DNA of 64,000 nt from Callorhinchus milii (lineage: Eukaryota). The notes beneath the pieces were generated by a model. The model made no database searches. It saw only the letters and a list, made by a program, of their open reading frames with translations, and was not told where the DNA came from. Shown one piece after another: positions 35,639 to 50,902 of this stretch; position 1 is the stretch's first letter; every line of letters starts with the position of its first letter. The DNA lies in contig NW_024704742.1 of the NCBI RefSeq assembly GCF_018977255.1, positions 135,286,001-135,350,000 of the forward strand. Direction: 5' to 3'. Made by a program: the position numbers and the translations under genes.

Positions 35639-37076
35639 CTTGTCTACTGTTGGGTTCCTATTCCCTGAATGTCTAGTTATGGGGAACTCACTTCACTTTC
35701 TGCTCTGTAGGCTCATTCTCATTTAAAATAACAGCAATACAATACAATTTCCACTTACCCACACCTTTCACGTCAAGAGAGCATCTCAAAGCGCTTACCA
35801 ATGTCGGATGGGCAATAACAAATGACACATAGTGCTGAAATATCTCAGTGGTTACTGTACATTTATAGATAACAAAAAAACTGCAGCCAATTTGCAATCA
35901 GTGGGATAACCAATTTATCCAGGGATTGACAGTGAATAGAAACTCCCCTTTAAGAGCTCTGGGACACTTCCTTGAGTTAGAGACACTATATAAATGCAAG
36001 TTGTTGTTCTTTTCCAACGGTGTCACACAACCTGTTTTATCTATCTGAACAAGCACAGAGGGGAACTTGGTTTAACAATAATAATAATCTTTGCATTTGG
36101 TACAGCATCTTATCAGATTGTTGCGATGTCTCAAAGTGCTTCACGGGATTTACTGTAGAGTAAATTGACTGCTTATTTTGTGGGCGAAATATGGCAGCCA
36201 ATTGCACACAGCAGTCCCATAAACAGTCGTAGATTGAGTGACCCAATTTTTTTTGAGGGAATATTAGCCTTCAAAGATCCTGTAGTTTAGTGGTTTTGTT
36301 AGTCGATTGGTGGATCGCTTTTCCGGGGTTAATAATCCCTAAAAAAAAATTGGTTCCTTAGATCACAATAAGGCTGAGTGCTGAGGGGCAACAGGCATGG
36401 CAGATAAATGGGGTGTGGTGGTGGGGGGTGAATAGTCACCCTTTGAGAGCTGTCACACACCTCCCATCAGCTTGGAGTAGAAAAGCAATAAGTTGACTCT
36501 TTGCGCTCCTGGCGTGTGGGTTGACCCGACTGCTGGGCGCAGGGGGCGGGGAAGAAAGAAGAGACGCAAAGAGAAAGAGAGACAGAGGTGGATAAAATAT
36601 ATTAGAAATAATTGTAAAAATAAAATGTGAGGTTGGCTTGTCCGACGTATGTCATGTTTGTAAATCCAAAGCACAGTTTCGATTCACTAGTTGCTTTATT
36701 TAATCCTTACACTCCCACAATCTGCCCAGTCACATGCCTAGAATCCTCTTATTCTTGCTTGCTTCTCATTGTCCATGTCCAATTGGCAATTAAGTCATTA
36801 AAGCAATATGCCACATCCGATTTCCAAAGACGACAGCTGAGATTGAAACACGGGCGGACCTTTGGGCCAACAACAAGCGCTTCACAATACAAAACTGCAA
36901 ACAGAATTAACTAACCCTTTTATAACTCAATACCTACCTAAATACTTCAATAACCACACTGACCTGCTTCATGTCCCCCTCCTTCGCCCTGTCCGCCTTC
37001 AGCCTTCGGAACTCCAACCCACAATCTCTTCGCCTCACTCCCTCTCTTCCCTCCTTCAAGGCACGTCCCAAGACCA

Positions 37077-38068
37077 ACAACAACAACAAAATTACATTTA
37101 TAGAGCGCCTTTCACGTCAGGAGGATGTCCCAAAGCTCTGAACAGTCAGGTGACGGGGCCCAAGTATGGGGGAGGGGTGGTGTAGGGTGAGGGAAGGCAG
37201 AGAAGTGAGAGGCAGATGAAAGGCACGGTCGAAGAGGAGGTCAGACTGGTAGGAGGGGTCAAGGCCATGGATGGTCTTAAAGGTGAGAACGAGGAGCTTG
37301 AACTCGATCCTCTGGGAGATGGGGAGCCAGTGGAGTTGGGCGAGGGTGGGAGTGATGGGGTCACGGAGCCTGGTGAGAGTACATGAGCTGCAGAGTTTGG
37401 GATGATCTGCAGCTTGTGAAGGGAAGAGTTGGGAAGGCCGATGAGGAGGGAGTTCCCGTAATCGAACCTTGATGTGACGAATGTGTGGGTGAGGGTTTGG
37501 GCAGCCTGAGGGGTGAGGCAGTGGCGGAGTCTGGCAATGTTGCGGAGGTGGTGGGAGGCAGTGCCGGTTATCGTGCGGATGTGGGGAAGAAAGGACAGTT
37601 CAAATCAAACAAGACATCCAGGTTCCTGACTGGCTTAGTGAGGTTGAGTGTGCAGCCATGGAGGCTGATACTACCACCGCCTGAGGTGCGGAGGCGCTGG
37701 CGCAAGCCAATCAGGAGGGCCTCAGTCTTGCTGATGTTGAGTTGGAGAAAGTTATCGATCGTCCAGGACTTGATGTCGGAAAGGCAGTCGGTCAGGACCC
37801 CAATAGTCTTGGAGTTCAGGGTGGAGGCAGAGAGGTAGAGTTGGGTGTCATCCGCATACATGTAGAAATTTACCCCATGTCTGCGGATGATGTCACCAAG
37901 AGGGAGTATGTAGAGGGTGAAGAGAAGAAAACGAGGACAGAGCCCTGAGGAACACCGCACGAGACAGTACGGGGGCTGGAAGAGAAGCCGTTTGCCGCGA
38001 TGAAGTGGAGGCGGTGTGAAAAGTAGGATCTGAACCAGTCAAGGACAGTTCTCTTCGATCGCACCTTC
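37077..38068 (-). mobile_element. L2 LINE RT/3' fragment
   Basis: Minus ORFs LDWFRSYFS...CGVPQGSVL and LPLGDIIRRHGVNFYMYADDTQLYLS. Confidence 0.92.
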
Positions 38069-38221
38069 AATCATCCTCCTACTCCCAATTTGCCCTGCAC
38101 CCCTCCTGATTCCTTGCTCTCCATCGCAACCCCTAGCTCGGGCGCACATCTAACTGCCCAGCGCTTTGGGAAATCCTCCCAACCTGAAAGGCGCTGTCCA
38201 CATGTAATTTGCTGTTGTTGT

Positions 38222-38532
38222 TGGAGGTGCCGTCCTTCATATGAGACGTTAAACTGTGGTCCCATCTGCCTGTTGAGGTGGACGTTAAAGATCCCATGGA
38301 TTTGAGAAGAGAAGGGACTTTCTCCCCCACTATCCTGGCTAACAATCCCCCAAATAAAATTGGCCATTCACTTCAGCGCTGTTTGTGAGACATAGCTGAG
38401 TGCAAAATGTCTTTTTTGCCTGCATTTGCCCACAAACCACACTGTGATTCCACTTTGCAGTAAATCCTGTCAAGTATTTTGAGATGTTACAGAGATACAA
38501 TAATGCACTTTATCAAATGCAAGGATTATTAT
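38222..38532 (+). mobile_element. DeuSINE family B, 5' truncated
   Basis: ggaggtgccgtccttcatatgagacgttaaac...ggtggacgttaaagatccc. Confidence 0.75.
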
Positions 38533-38883
38533 CTCTGACCAAACACCAAAGTAAAGGTAAAAAAATAAGTTCTTGCAGCATGTAATGTAAGTCTTTGGAT
38601 ATTTTTTCCCTCTTGCAAGCTAAATGTAGTGACACATTGAGTTTTCACTGAATTCGAAATAAAAAGTGTGATTTTAATATTTGCACAAAATTTACGCAGT
38701 GCTAATGTAATTAGCAGCTCATTTGTACTAAGTCTGTCATTATTAAAGCGACCAGTCTCACCATGCCAGGGTCGACTAGGTCAACACTTGTTCATTCAGT
38801 AGATAGACCACAATGAATAACATTTTACGTAGGATTGGAAAAATTATTCCCAGAGCAATACGTTAAGATGCACCAAGACAATA

Positions 38884-39204
38884 GAGTCCTGTAGCTCAGA
38901 GGTTAGAGCACTCGCCTTGCAAGTGAGACACCTGGGTTCAATTCCAGGCAGGGCGAAACCTTGGGCAAGTTTCCTTACTCCACACACCTAATAATAATCC
39001 CTCCAAAACAAAAAAAAATTGATCATTTTCAATCCACGGCTGTTTGCGGGACACTGCTGTGCGCAATTGGCTGCTGCATTTCGCCCACAAGTATACGGTC
39101 AATTCACTTTACAGCATATTCTGTGAAGTGCTTTGAGACGTCTAGAAGACGTGAAAAGCAGTATATCAAATATATCAAATGCAAGGATTATTATTATTAT
39201 TAAT
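38884..39204 (+). mobile_element. SINE family A, short subfamily
   Basis: Full head, acgtc-tagaa-gacgt stem-loop, (att)n tail. Confidence 0.92.
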
Positions 39205-40639
39205 AAGATAAGAGCTTATAGGTTTAGAGTTTAAAAAGGGGGCAATTTTAGGACGGTAAACTAGAAGTTTTTCTTTACTACAGAGTGTAGTTATAATACA
39301 ATACAAATTTACAATTATACTGTGCTATCTACCAAGTAAGCTATGTGGTTTAAGCTTGTTAGACTCCAGCAGTACCCCAAGGTAAACTCTGGGTCACCAG
39401 GCCTTATGAAATAACACTTGAATTAAATAGATATTGATCTTTTTTCATCCACAAAATAAACATTTAGTGTATATTCTGTGAAGCGCTTTGAGACGTCTCA
39501 ATCAATTGCAAGGATTATTATTATTATTTTCATTTAACAATTCCGATATTCCGACAAGGAGCTGTGTCAGACACGGAGATGAATATTATGGTTGTCCTGG
39601 CTCCCTTCAATGTTGATTTTTGGGGAAATTAGCATTGGGCATTTGTGCAAGTAACCTTTTGCTGTGTGTTTTTTCTCTCCGCCAATTAATTTCTCTGGCA
39701 TTTACATTCCTTATTTTTCCGAAAGTGTCTCCAGAAAATCTTGACTTTGTGGCTCTCTGCATTAACGAAACAGCTGTAAAAATATTAACTGTTAACAACA
39801 GTGGTTGTTAGCACTGAATCTGAGCCAGATTTGTCCCTAAGTGGTTGTAAAACTCTCAACCTGACCTCCCAACCTGACCTGTGGATATAGCTCTCACAGC
39901 TGATGCTCTGCACCTTTTTAACCCTGACCAGTTGCCAGGAGTCACAAGTGGGACTCCTCTTGTTTGTCTCCAAATACCAACTGGATTCCTGTTTAGCATA
40001 AACATCATTGATTTTGATATGATGTCTCTACCACTCGAAAGATCTCTAACACCCTTCACATTGCGATGCACAGTCAGTGGACCGTGATTTGCAGGTGAAC
40101 GCAGCAGCTAATTTGCTAGCACACAGCAACTTCTCATGCAAACGTGAATTGAATGGGGATTGTTGGTCAGGATACCAGGAGAAATTCTTTCCTTTTTGAA
40201 TAACACAGCGAGGATCTTTAACACCCATCGTAACAGGCAAAGAAATGCATCGCCTCATCTGAAAGCCTCCGACCACACATTGCTCCCCCCACCACTCCCC
40301 TTTCTCACATATTCGAGACGTCAAAGTTTGCTGCAAGGTACACTGTAAAGTGCAGCGACAGTGTACTTTGTAGGCAAGCGTGCTAGCCAACAACATCCAA
40401 CAAACAGCCAATTGAAGCGAGATTTTTGGCCGGGATGTTTGTTGTCCACCTGACAGGAGTTCGGTTTAACGCCTCATCTGAAGGACGGCACCTCTGATAG
40501 TGTAACGCATCTCCAACACTGCACTGGACCGTCGGCAAAGACGACATGAATTCCAAGACCTGACTCAGAGGCAAGAGTACTATCAACCGAGCCAGAATGC
40601 CACTCAGGGACAAAGCGAATGGCCAACTCCCTTTTCTTT

Positions 40640-41000
40640 TACTGTCGGGCCTACTGTGCATTAGACGCTAATGGGACACGTGTTTTAGAGTGTTACCATT
40701 TCACACAAATAAGCAAATTATTTATCATAATTATAAATTTTCACAAGCAAGCTTCGCACGTAAGCTCATTGCGAGTTATGCAGCAATAAAACTGTGCCTG
40801 ATCAGATTCGTATTATGAAGAATTATCACTCTCCAGCGTACAAAACAATCACAGGCTTACTGCTATAATTAATTATAATATTAAATTCAACAATCCACCG
40901 TGTGAAGTTTCTTTGAAGGAATACGGGAAAACTGACTTCAAAGTTAAGAGTTCTACGACTTGCCAAACTCTGCACTCTCCAGAACCCTACCTAAATAATG
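40640..41000. promoter_or_regulatory. Candidate conserved non-coding element
   Basis: No recognisable repeat; cattag...ctaatg, cataatta, tataattaattata, gcaataaa motifs. Inference. Confidence 0.3.
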
Positions 41001-41099
41001 GAAATCTAGATCAGGGTTAAATCTCTCCCAGCTATTCAAGTCACAAAGATAACAGGTTGCATTTTGAATGCCCTTCATTTAGGATAGCGTCTCGGAGTG

Positions 41100-41400
41100 C
41101 TTTTGTCAGCTGAGTGTCTGGCACATGCAGAAACCCATCACCGCATGTCCTTAAGAATATCCAAACCAAACGGAGAATTCCATGCATCCCACCTACACAT
41201 GGAGATTCCAGTAACAGATTATTGGACTGGAATACACACCCTCTTCATGATTGTTTGTAGCATGTCGCTATTTGCAAATTCGATGCTGCGTTTGCCATTG
41301 AGCGTATTGTCTCACCAGCTTCTTGCTGCTTGTCCAGCTTGGATCATCCTACCCGTTAGGCCTTTGACTTCTGTTCTTCAGGAGACAGTTGACTAAGCAG
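41100..41400 (-). repeat. Unclassified A-tailed repeat, internally deleted
   Basis: ttttgtcagctgagtgtctggcac...ccaaaccaaacggagaattccatgcatcccacctacacatgga. Confidence 0.7.
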
Positions 41401-41753
41401 TCACTGCTGGAGCATAGACTTTGTGGAGTCCTGTAGAGTATTAGTTAGAACAAGTGAGAGAAGCCGGGTTCGATTCACAGGCAGGGCAAAACCCTAGGCA
41501 AGTTTCCTTACTCTGCACACCTCTGCTTACCCAGCAGTAAGTAGGAATTTGGTTGTTAGCCGAATGGCGGATCACTTTTCTGGGTGTAATAATCCCTTCA
41601 AAAATAAATCATTAACTAGGTCACTCAATGCACGACTGTTTGTGGGACACTGCTGTGCGCAACTGACTGACGTGTTTCGCCCACAAAATATATAGTCGCT
41701 TCACTTAATAGTATATCCTGTGAAGAGCTTTAAAACATCTCAAGTGACGTGAT

Positions 41754-43503
<1,750 letters not shown>

Positions 43504-44176
43504 AAAAGCCACTATATCAAATGTAAGGACTATTATTATTAATATTATTATTATTATTTGCTAAGAGTCCCAAAGTGGAGCCACAACCTTCAAACTTAGA
43601 TGCGAGAGTGTGATCAACTGAATCAGGCTGATACCCGACCCTAACATTTGAGGAGTGTTAGAGGATGGTTGTTTAGTGGGGGTTGGGGAGTGAATAACTT
43701 CTAGAATATTCTACAGCTGTGCCAGTGTTGCTGTTGCGTCTGTGGCTTGGTATCTAATGCGATCGCACAATAATGTGACTTTCAGTTCTGGTTCCTGGGT
43801 TGTCTGGGCTGGTGTGGATTTCTACGGGAACAGGTGCAGTCAAATCACACGTCAAAGATGAGCCTACGCTCCATTTTGCCCAACCACCCACCTACTCAGT
43901 GACGAAATGTCAGCCCAAATAGCGGGAAGCTATTATTAATCATTATATTATACTTGATCACATTTGGCAAGCTATATTAACAATAATAATAATCCTTGCA
44001 TTTGATACAGCGCCTTTCGCATCAGGAGTATGTCATAAAGAGCTTCGCAGGATTATACTGCAAAGCGCAGTGACTGTTTTAATAATCCTTGCATTTGATA
44101 TAGTGGCTTATTATGTCGATGAGACGTCTCAAAGCGCTTCACAGAACATACTGTAAAGTGAATTGACTGTAATTGA

Positions 44177-44915
44177 CTCCCCCTAAAACTCTCCAAACCC
44201 GTACGCAACCTAGGAGTCAAGTTCGACCCTCAATTATCCTTCCTCCCCCACATCCGGTCCCTCACCAGCACCGCTTTCTTACACCTCCGACGCATTGCCC
44301 TTCTCCGCCAATACCTCATTCCAAAAGCCGCTGAAACCCTGGTCCATGCTTTTCTCACCTCTCAGCTGGTCAAATGCCCTCCTCGCCGGTCTCCTCTCCA
44401 CCACCATCCATAAAATCCAGGTCATAGAAAACTCTGTCGCTCGCATTCTTACCCGCACCAAACTCCGCTCCCCGATCACCCCAGTCCTTGCCAGACTGCA
44501 ATGGCTGCCTGTCCCAGAGAGGATCAACTTCAAGATCCTCACCCTTGTCTTCAAATCCCTCCACTCCTCTGCACCCCCCTACCTCTCTGACCTCCTCTCT
44601 CCTCAAAACAGTGCCCATTGCCTTCGTTCCACTGGATCTGGCCTCCTTCTCGTCCCCCGAGTCCTCCTCTCCACCCTCGGCGGCTGTGCCTTCAGCCACT
44701 ATGCCCCGAGGCTCTGGAACTGCCTTCCTTACTCCCTCCACCTCACTCCCTCTCTTCCTATTTTCAGATCTCTACTGAAGACCTTTCTTTTCGACCGCGC
44801 TTTTGGTCATCTTCCTCCCCCTCCCTCTGGCTCGGGCCCGGGATCCGTTTCTCTGAAGCGCTCTGAGACGCCATCCAGAGTGGAGGGAGCTATATAAATT
44901 TGAGTTGTTGTTGTT
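44177..44915 (+). mobile_element. L2 LINE 3' fragment nested in a minus-strand SINE
   Basis: ORF 44295-44897 ...ITPVLARLQWLPVPERINFKILTLVFKSLH...LWNCLP; (gtt)n tail; SINE text aattgactgta|...|tattttgtaggc on both sides. Confidence 0.92.
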
Positions 44916-45639
44916 GTATATTTTGTAGGCAAACACGGCAGCCAATTGCACACAGCAGTGTCCCACAAACAGTCACGGATTGAGTGACCAAATTATTAAT
45001 ATTATTTTTTTTCATATCAGAAGAATGTCACAAAGAGCTTCTCAGAGTTTTACTGTAAAGTGCACTGTCTGTATTTTATGGGTGAACTCGGCAGCCAATT
45101 TGCGCACAGCAGTGTCCCTAAAATGTCCGTAAGTGATGTGCTTTTAGGTGGTTAAACTCTAATAAGTTCCCCACTCCTTCCAACATGTACTGTTGAGTTA
45201 CTCCAAGTGCCTCATGCTCTGCAGGTTTAGAGAATCAGCGTGCGTTTATTCCAAACCGGACCGGGGTAATTTTCCTTTGTGCGTAGTGTACACGTGTGGA
45301 ATCTCAGTCCAGTTTGGACACTCTCTAGCATGCGTCAGACAACTGGCTGACAAAAAAATAAACCCTTTCTACGGTGCAAAATATATTAACTGCACAGTCA
45401 ATTCACTTCACAGTGTGTCCTGTGAAGCGCTTAGAGATGTCTCAACGATGTGATAAGGCGCTATATCAAACATAAAGATTATTATTATTATTAAATGCGA
45501 ATGGGATGCGTGAACGCAAGGGAAAAGTGCGTGAAGTGTGAGAGAGGGAGGAGGAGAGTGTGGGAGAGAGATGGCGGTGAGGAGTGGGGGTGGGGGGTTG
45601 GGGGCAGGGGTTAGTGAGAGGAATAGCAGTGGTATCACT

Positions 45640-46250
45640 AGTGATTAACATGCAGTATGTTAAGCCATGTCATATGCACTTTTAGACAAGAATTACATCT
45701 GTCAGCCCAGATCCAGAGCGTGTGTGCGATGCCCGGCTGAGAATCTAGTTAGACAGCTAACCGAATTACAAGCCCCCCACAAAGAAAAAACTCTACAGAT
45801 GCACGCAAAAAGCACAGGATGCTCTAACACACATGAATGAGTCCTGCAAGTCAAATGACAGATGCACTTCCTCAACTGCAGGCCAAACTCCAGCAGAAAC
45901 CAGTGTTCATTTATCAATAATTGTGGCTTAATTTCATTTGGCAGTGACGCAGGAAACCCGACTTCCTTTTCCAATGGCCCAACACTAATTAGACTTTTGG
46001 ACCCTGTTTTTTTTTCTCTCCCTTTCACTCGGTCTCTCACTATGACTGCAAACTCCGAGTGTCTTGACTTATCTTGTCTCATCGCACCTCCTCTTATCCC
46101 AGGCGGGCGAGTGGGCGCTTTTTTTATAAGTATATATTTTTTTGATACGTGTTTATGAAATAAATTCCGAGCTTTGCTTTCAGGAAGCAAAACTGCAAGC
46201 CTCCCTTGAGAACGTGTGTGTTTGGTCTGTGCGCGTGTGTGTTTTTTTGT
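45640..46250. promoter_or_regulatory. Candidate conserved non-coding element
   Basis: About 600 bp with no recognisable repeat; tgacag (Meis-like), ctaattag, caggaa motifs; the 199-aa minus ORF has no recognisable homology. Inference. Confidence 0.3.
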
Positions 46251-46863
46251 GTAATATTTAATAATTATCCTTAAATAAAGATCCTTTCGTGTCAGGAGCA
46301 CTTCTCAAAGTGCTTCATAGGATTTACTGTAAAGTGGGAAGACTGTGTGTTTTGTGGGCAGATGTGAAAGCCCAGTTTGCATTTATACAAGGACTTGCTT
46401 TAATGCAGCACACCTCACTCAGGGCAGTGTCTTGGAGCACTTAACGGTGGCAGAGACTGACGCTGAGCTGAGGGAGTGGTGGGGGTGGTGGGGAGGTATG
46501 CAGTGGGGAGCCAGGAGGTGACCGTAAGCAAAGTTGAAGAGGAATGTCTTCAGTTTACATATATATATATAAATATATTTATAAAAACTAACAATTCCGA
46601 GCACTGCTTTTAGGAAGCAAAATGTCAAATATCCCTTGATTGTGTGTGTGTCTGTATGCGCTTTAAAAAATATATATACATGGCTTAATAAAAAGGTTTA
46701 AAATTAAATGAACCCAGTCTTCCACAATACTGGGTCTCCAGTTCTTAAGCTCAGCCTTTGCCTCAGCTGATAGTTGAAGTAAAGTGTTTTCCAAAGTTTC
46801 AAACTATGTTGCGTACATGTCGGCCTGGCTCAGTCAGTAGCGTTGTTGTCTCTGAGTCAGTGT

Positions 46864-47310
46864 TTTTTTTTGGTCAGCCGGGTGTCTGACACACGTGGAA
46901 ATCGTTTACTGTTTAAGAGTCTAAGAGTTTAAGTTTAAGAGTCTCCAAACCAAGTTGAGATTTCCATGCATCCCACCATGTCTACATGGAAATCCCAGAG
47001 ATAAATTGTTGGAATGGAATGCGCTCTCTCTCACTGGAGGACGCATCCTGCTTATCTAATTCCGGAAAGTATTAGGCGCAGGTTGGCAAGAGCCAAGGCT
47101 TGAGTGAGCGATAACTGCTGGAGTCTAACCAGCTAAGACCACATAGCTTGCTATTGAAAGCACTGTCTGGCAAGTTTTCCTGCTGCCTGTCCAAATAGGA
47201 CCACCCTATGAATTAGGACTTTGGATTGCAGGGTTAACGGGAACTGAGTGGAAGGATTCTCTGCCCCAATTGACTGGTCTGTCCTTCCACGTTCTACCGA
47301 TGAGGCAGTC
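46864..47310 (-). repeat. Unclassified A-tailed repeat
   Basis: Begins ttttttttggtcagccgggtgtctgacac; collinear with the 16203-16682 copy; follows a DeuSINE head fragment. Confidence 0.78.
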
Positions 47311-47869
47311 CAACACTAGACAGTGTTTATATTCCATTCAAGCCTCCACCCTTCCTAATACTCTTTCATATATATCTCTCTCTTTGCTTCGCTCTAAAGT
47401 TTCACCCACAAATTTACAATCCTATACACTTGTAGTATAGTATACTCTGTGAACCGCTTTGAGACGTCTCAACAAAGTGAGACACTATATCACATGCAAG
47501 AAAGAAAGGCTCTATATCAAATGCAAGAATTATTATTATTAACATTATTATCATTATCTGTTAAACGCATTGATGCTTTTTGCTACAGTTTCCGGGAGTG
47601 AGTTCCACATTCTGACCACTCTTTTGCATGAAGAAGTTCCTCCTAAACTCCCTATTAGATCTGTTACCGGCTATCATGTTGTGGTGGTAGCTTAGATTTT
47701 TTGCCCACTAGTTTTGGACTCATCAACAAGTGGAAACAATCTATTAACGTCCACCTTATCAAATCCTTTCATAATCTTAAACACATTGCTCTGATCATGG
47801 TGTGCACACTCTGAGATGCTAGCCTGTGTAAAGGCAAATTACTGTTGTTGTCCTTCTTAATGAACAAAT

Positions 47870-48258
47870 GGAGTCAAGTAATGTTCTGGTTAGAGCACTC
47901 GCCTCGCAAGCGAGAGGATCCGAGCTTGATTCCTGTGCGGGGCGAAACCTTAGGCAAATTTCTTTACTCCACACTCCTCTGAATACCTAACAGTAAGTAA
48001 CAGTAAATAAGTAAGTAAGTAGGAATTGTTAATCAATTGGCGGATCGCTTTCTGGGGTTAATAATCCCTCCAAAAAAACGAAAAATGTGGTCACTCAATC
48101 CACAACTGTTTGTGGGACGCTGCTGTGCACAAATGGTTGCCTTGTTTCCCCAACAAAATATACAGTCAATTCACTTTGCAGTATAATCTGCGAAGCGGTT
48201 TGATAGTCTCAACCACATGATAAAGTGCTATATCAAATGCAAGGATTATTATTATCAA
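47870..48258 (+). mobile_element. SINE family A, long subfamily with internal (gtaa)n expansion
   Basis: Head, expanded cagtaagtaa segment, tail. Confidence 0.85.
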
Positions 48259-50854
48259 TAACAACATTTCAAGCACCTCTAACTCGGTTGCCTAGACTGT
48301 GAGCTCAAAATGTCCCAGACGCGGGGGCTCAAACACACATTTCTCTGTGACCTAAAGGCGGGAGAGAGAGGGAGAGAGAGAGCGACCACTGAGCCAAGCT
48401 GAAATAGGAACAGAGAGCGAGAGCTGAGAGTTGAGATAGAGCGTCATTCTTACAGTGAGAGAGCACAGTTCTGCAGGGTAGCTCAACTTGAGTCCGCTGG
48501 GTACAATAATTACTACAGGGAAATCAATACAGTTAGAGTTCAACAATTATTTGATGTTGCAAAAATTGGAGTCTGGCAAAGTGGGTCAGGCATATTAAAA
48601 GCCTGTGACTATGAAACCAAGTGAACAGCAATGGGAGACCCTGGTGGAATCAGTGTCCTGTGTTGCAATGTATTTCGCAGTCTAGTCAGAAGGAATGAAA
48701 TGCGTTTAATGGAGGGAAAAAAATATTCATCACCCGCCACCTTGTAGGACTGAAACGAATGCTGCGGTCTAAAGCTACACTTAGGCGGTTCATTTCAAAA
48801 ATGTTATAAATGAATAATCCTACATTGCTCTCTGTCTCTCTCTCTCTCACTCTCTCTCTCGTGGTGTTCAGTGGATCACCTCAGCAAATAGCTATCTAAT
48901 TCCCTCTTGGATACGTTGACACAATCTGGCTCCATCACCTCCACAGACTTGCGCTCTCTCTTTCTCTTCTCTCTCTGGGTGAATGGTCGGTCTGCTTCCA
49001 TTGAGTCTGTGTCCATGGATGTCTTGTGTTAATACAAGTTATAATAATAATATTAATCATTGCCTTTGATGTAGCGCCTTACATGTTGTTGAGACGTCTC
49101 AAAGCGCTTTGCAGAATATACTGTAAAGTGAATTGACTGTATTTTGGGGGCAAAAAGCGTCAGCAAATTGCACACAGAGGTGTCCCACAAACAGTCAAGG
49201 ATTGAGCGCCTAAATTACTATTATCATTATTTTTGAAGGGATTATTACATATGCAGTCCACACCACTTTACAGTACATCCTGTGAAGAGTTTTGAGACAT
49301 CTTGATAATGCAATAATGTGCTGTAACAAATTTAAGGTTATTAATATATTATTAATTTAATAATAATAATCCTTGCATAGCGCCTTATCGCATCATTCAA
49401 ATCGCTTCACAGAATTAATTGTAAAGTGGATTGACTGTATATTTTCTGGGCGAAACGCGGCAGCTAATTGCACACAGCAGTGTCCCACAAACAGTCATTG
49501 ATTTCTTGACCAAATTTTGTTTGCGGGGTCTACAATATTACCCGCGAAAATTAACTAGGTTTGCTAGTTACTGCTTTGTTAAACAGGCGTGTGGAGTAAG
49601 GACATTTGCATAAGGTTTCGTCCCCTAGAGAATCGAACCTGGGTCCTCTCTCTTGCGAGGCAATACACTACAGGGACTCCAGTTATTATAAAGATAATAA
49701 TAATCCTTGCATTTGATTACATGGCACTATTGGGGAAGAGAAGAAAGTGGGATGTCGAATACAAGTTGATGTTTGCATTCCCAAACTCCTTTCGATTTTT
49801 GCATGGACTATTTTGACTTCTTGACATTTTGAAACTCATGGGTGCAAATAATGTGAGATACCATTTGCACCTTGCACCTCTTAATAACGACATTTCACAT
49901 CACGCGAACACCCGTCAAGCCATGTGTCACAGCGAAGCTTCGCATCTTACCAGGTTCTCCAGTGAAGTTCTGAGGTACAGTGCTGACATGTGTGCCTCAC
50001 ACCTCTCTTCCTACCTCTTCAATCCTGGCGGAAGCAGGTACAGTAAACCTGCCATCTGCCAAGATCTTAAAATTATACTTGTCAGAAAGTTTCTAGGGGT
50101 CCGTAAAAATCCACGTTGGCTGGCAGTGAATTATCCAGGTACCTGGGCACTCAAAACTCACACAGTCACCACACTTTGCAGTGACACTGTTAGCTCACTT
50201 ACGTGAAAGGCGTTGTGCCGAATGTAAGGATTATTATTACAGTAAAGTTCAATTAGCGCACAGTAATGTCCCAATAAACAGCCATGGAGTGACTGACCAA
50301 TTTTACTTGGGGGATTTGTAGGCCAGGATACCGGGGGAGAAAAACACACTTCTTTTTCGAATAGCATCCAAAAACATTTGCTCACTCTCTCCATGACTAT
50401 TTGTGGGACACTGTTGCATTTCACCAACCAAAAAAAGTCAATTCTCTTTACAGTATTGACGATGTGAAAAGCACTGTATCAATTGCAAGGATTATTATTA
50501 TTAATATTATTATTGTTAGGTTCTGTGAAGCGCTTTGATGCGATAAGGATCTATATTAAATGTAAGGATTATTATATTATTATATTCTATGAAGCGCTTT
50601 GAGACATCTCAATTATGTGATAAGGCTCTATATCAAATGCAAGGATTACTATGATTATATTATTTAACCACTACCTGAACAGGCAGACGGGACCTGGGTT
50701 TAACATCTCATCCGAAGGATGGATTGTGACTTGCTACGTATTAAACGAGTGACAAGTAAATTGGAGTAACATTTTGCAGGGAAATGGCTGGGATATTGAC
50801 AGCGTTGCTACTTAAGTGTTGGTGACTAGTTAAACCAGTGTCTTGTAATCAGGA

Positions 50855-50902
50855 GTTTACTATATCGTTAGCAGTAGTAGTTCTGCTAACGATATAGTAA
50901 AC
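50855..50902. repeat. Perfect inverted repeat: 20-bp arms, 8-nt loop
   Basis: gtttactatatcgttagcag-tagtagtt-ctgctaacgatatagtaaac. Confidence 0.95.

Noticed and set aside
39880..39990. Possible minus-strand exon (aaacag|GAATCC...CACAG|gtcagg)
   Set aside because: Poor polypyrimidine tract, weak donor and unrecognised peptide
44295..44897. 200-aa ORF as a host gene
   Set aside because: It is the C-terminal remnant of L2 ORF2 in a 5'-truncated copy
45702..46301. 199-aa minus-strand ORF
   Set aside because: Starts inside a SINE tail, crosses low-complexity sequence and has no recognisable domain
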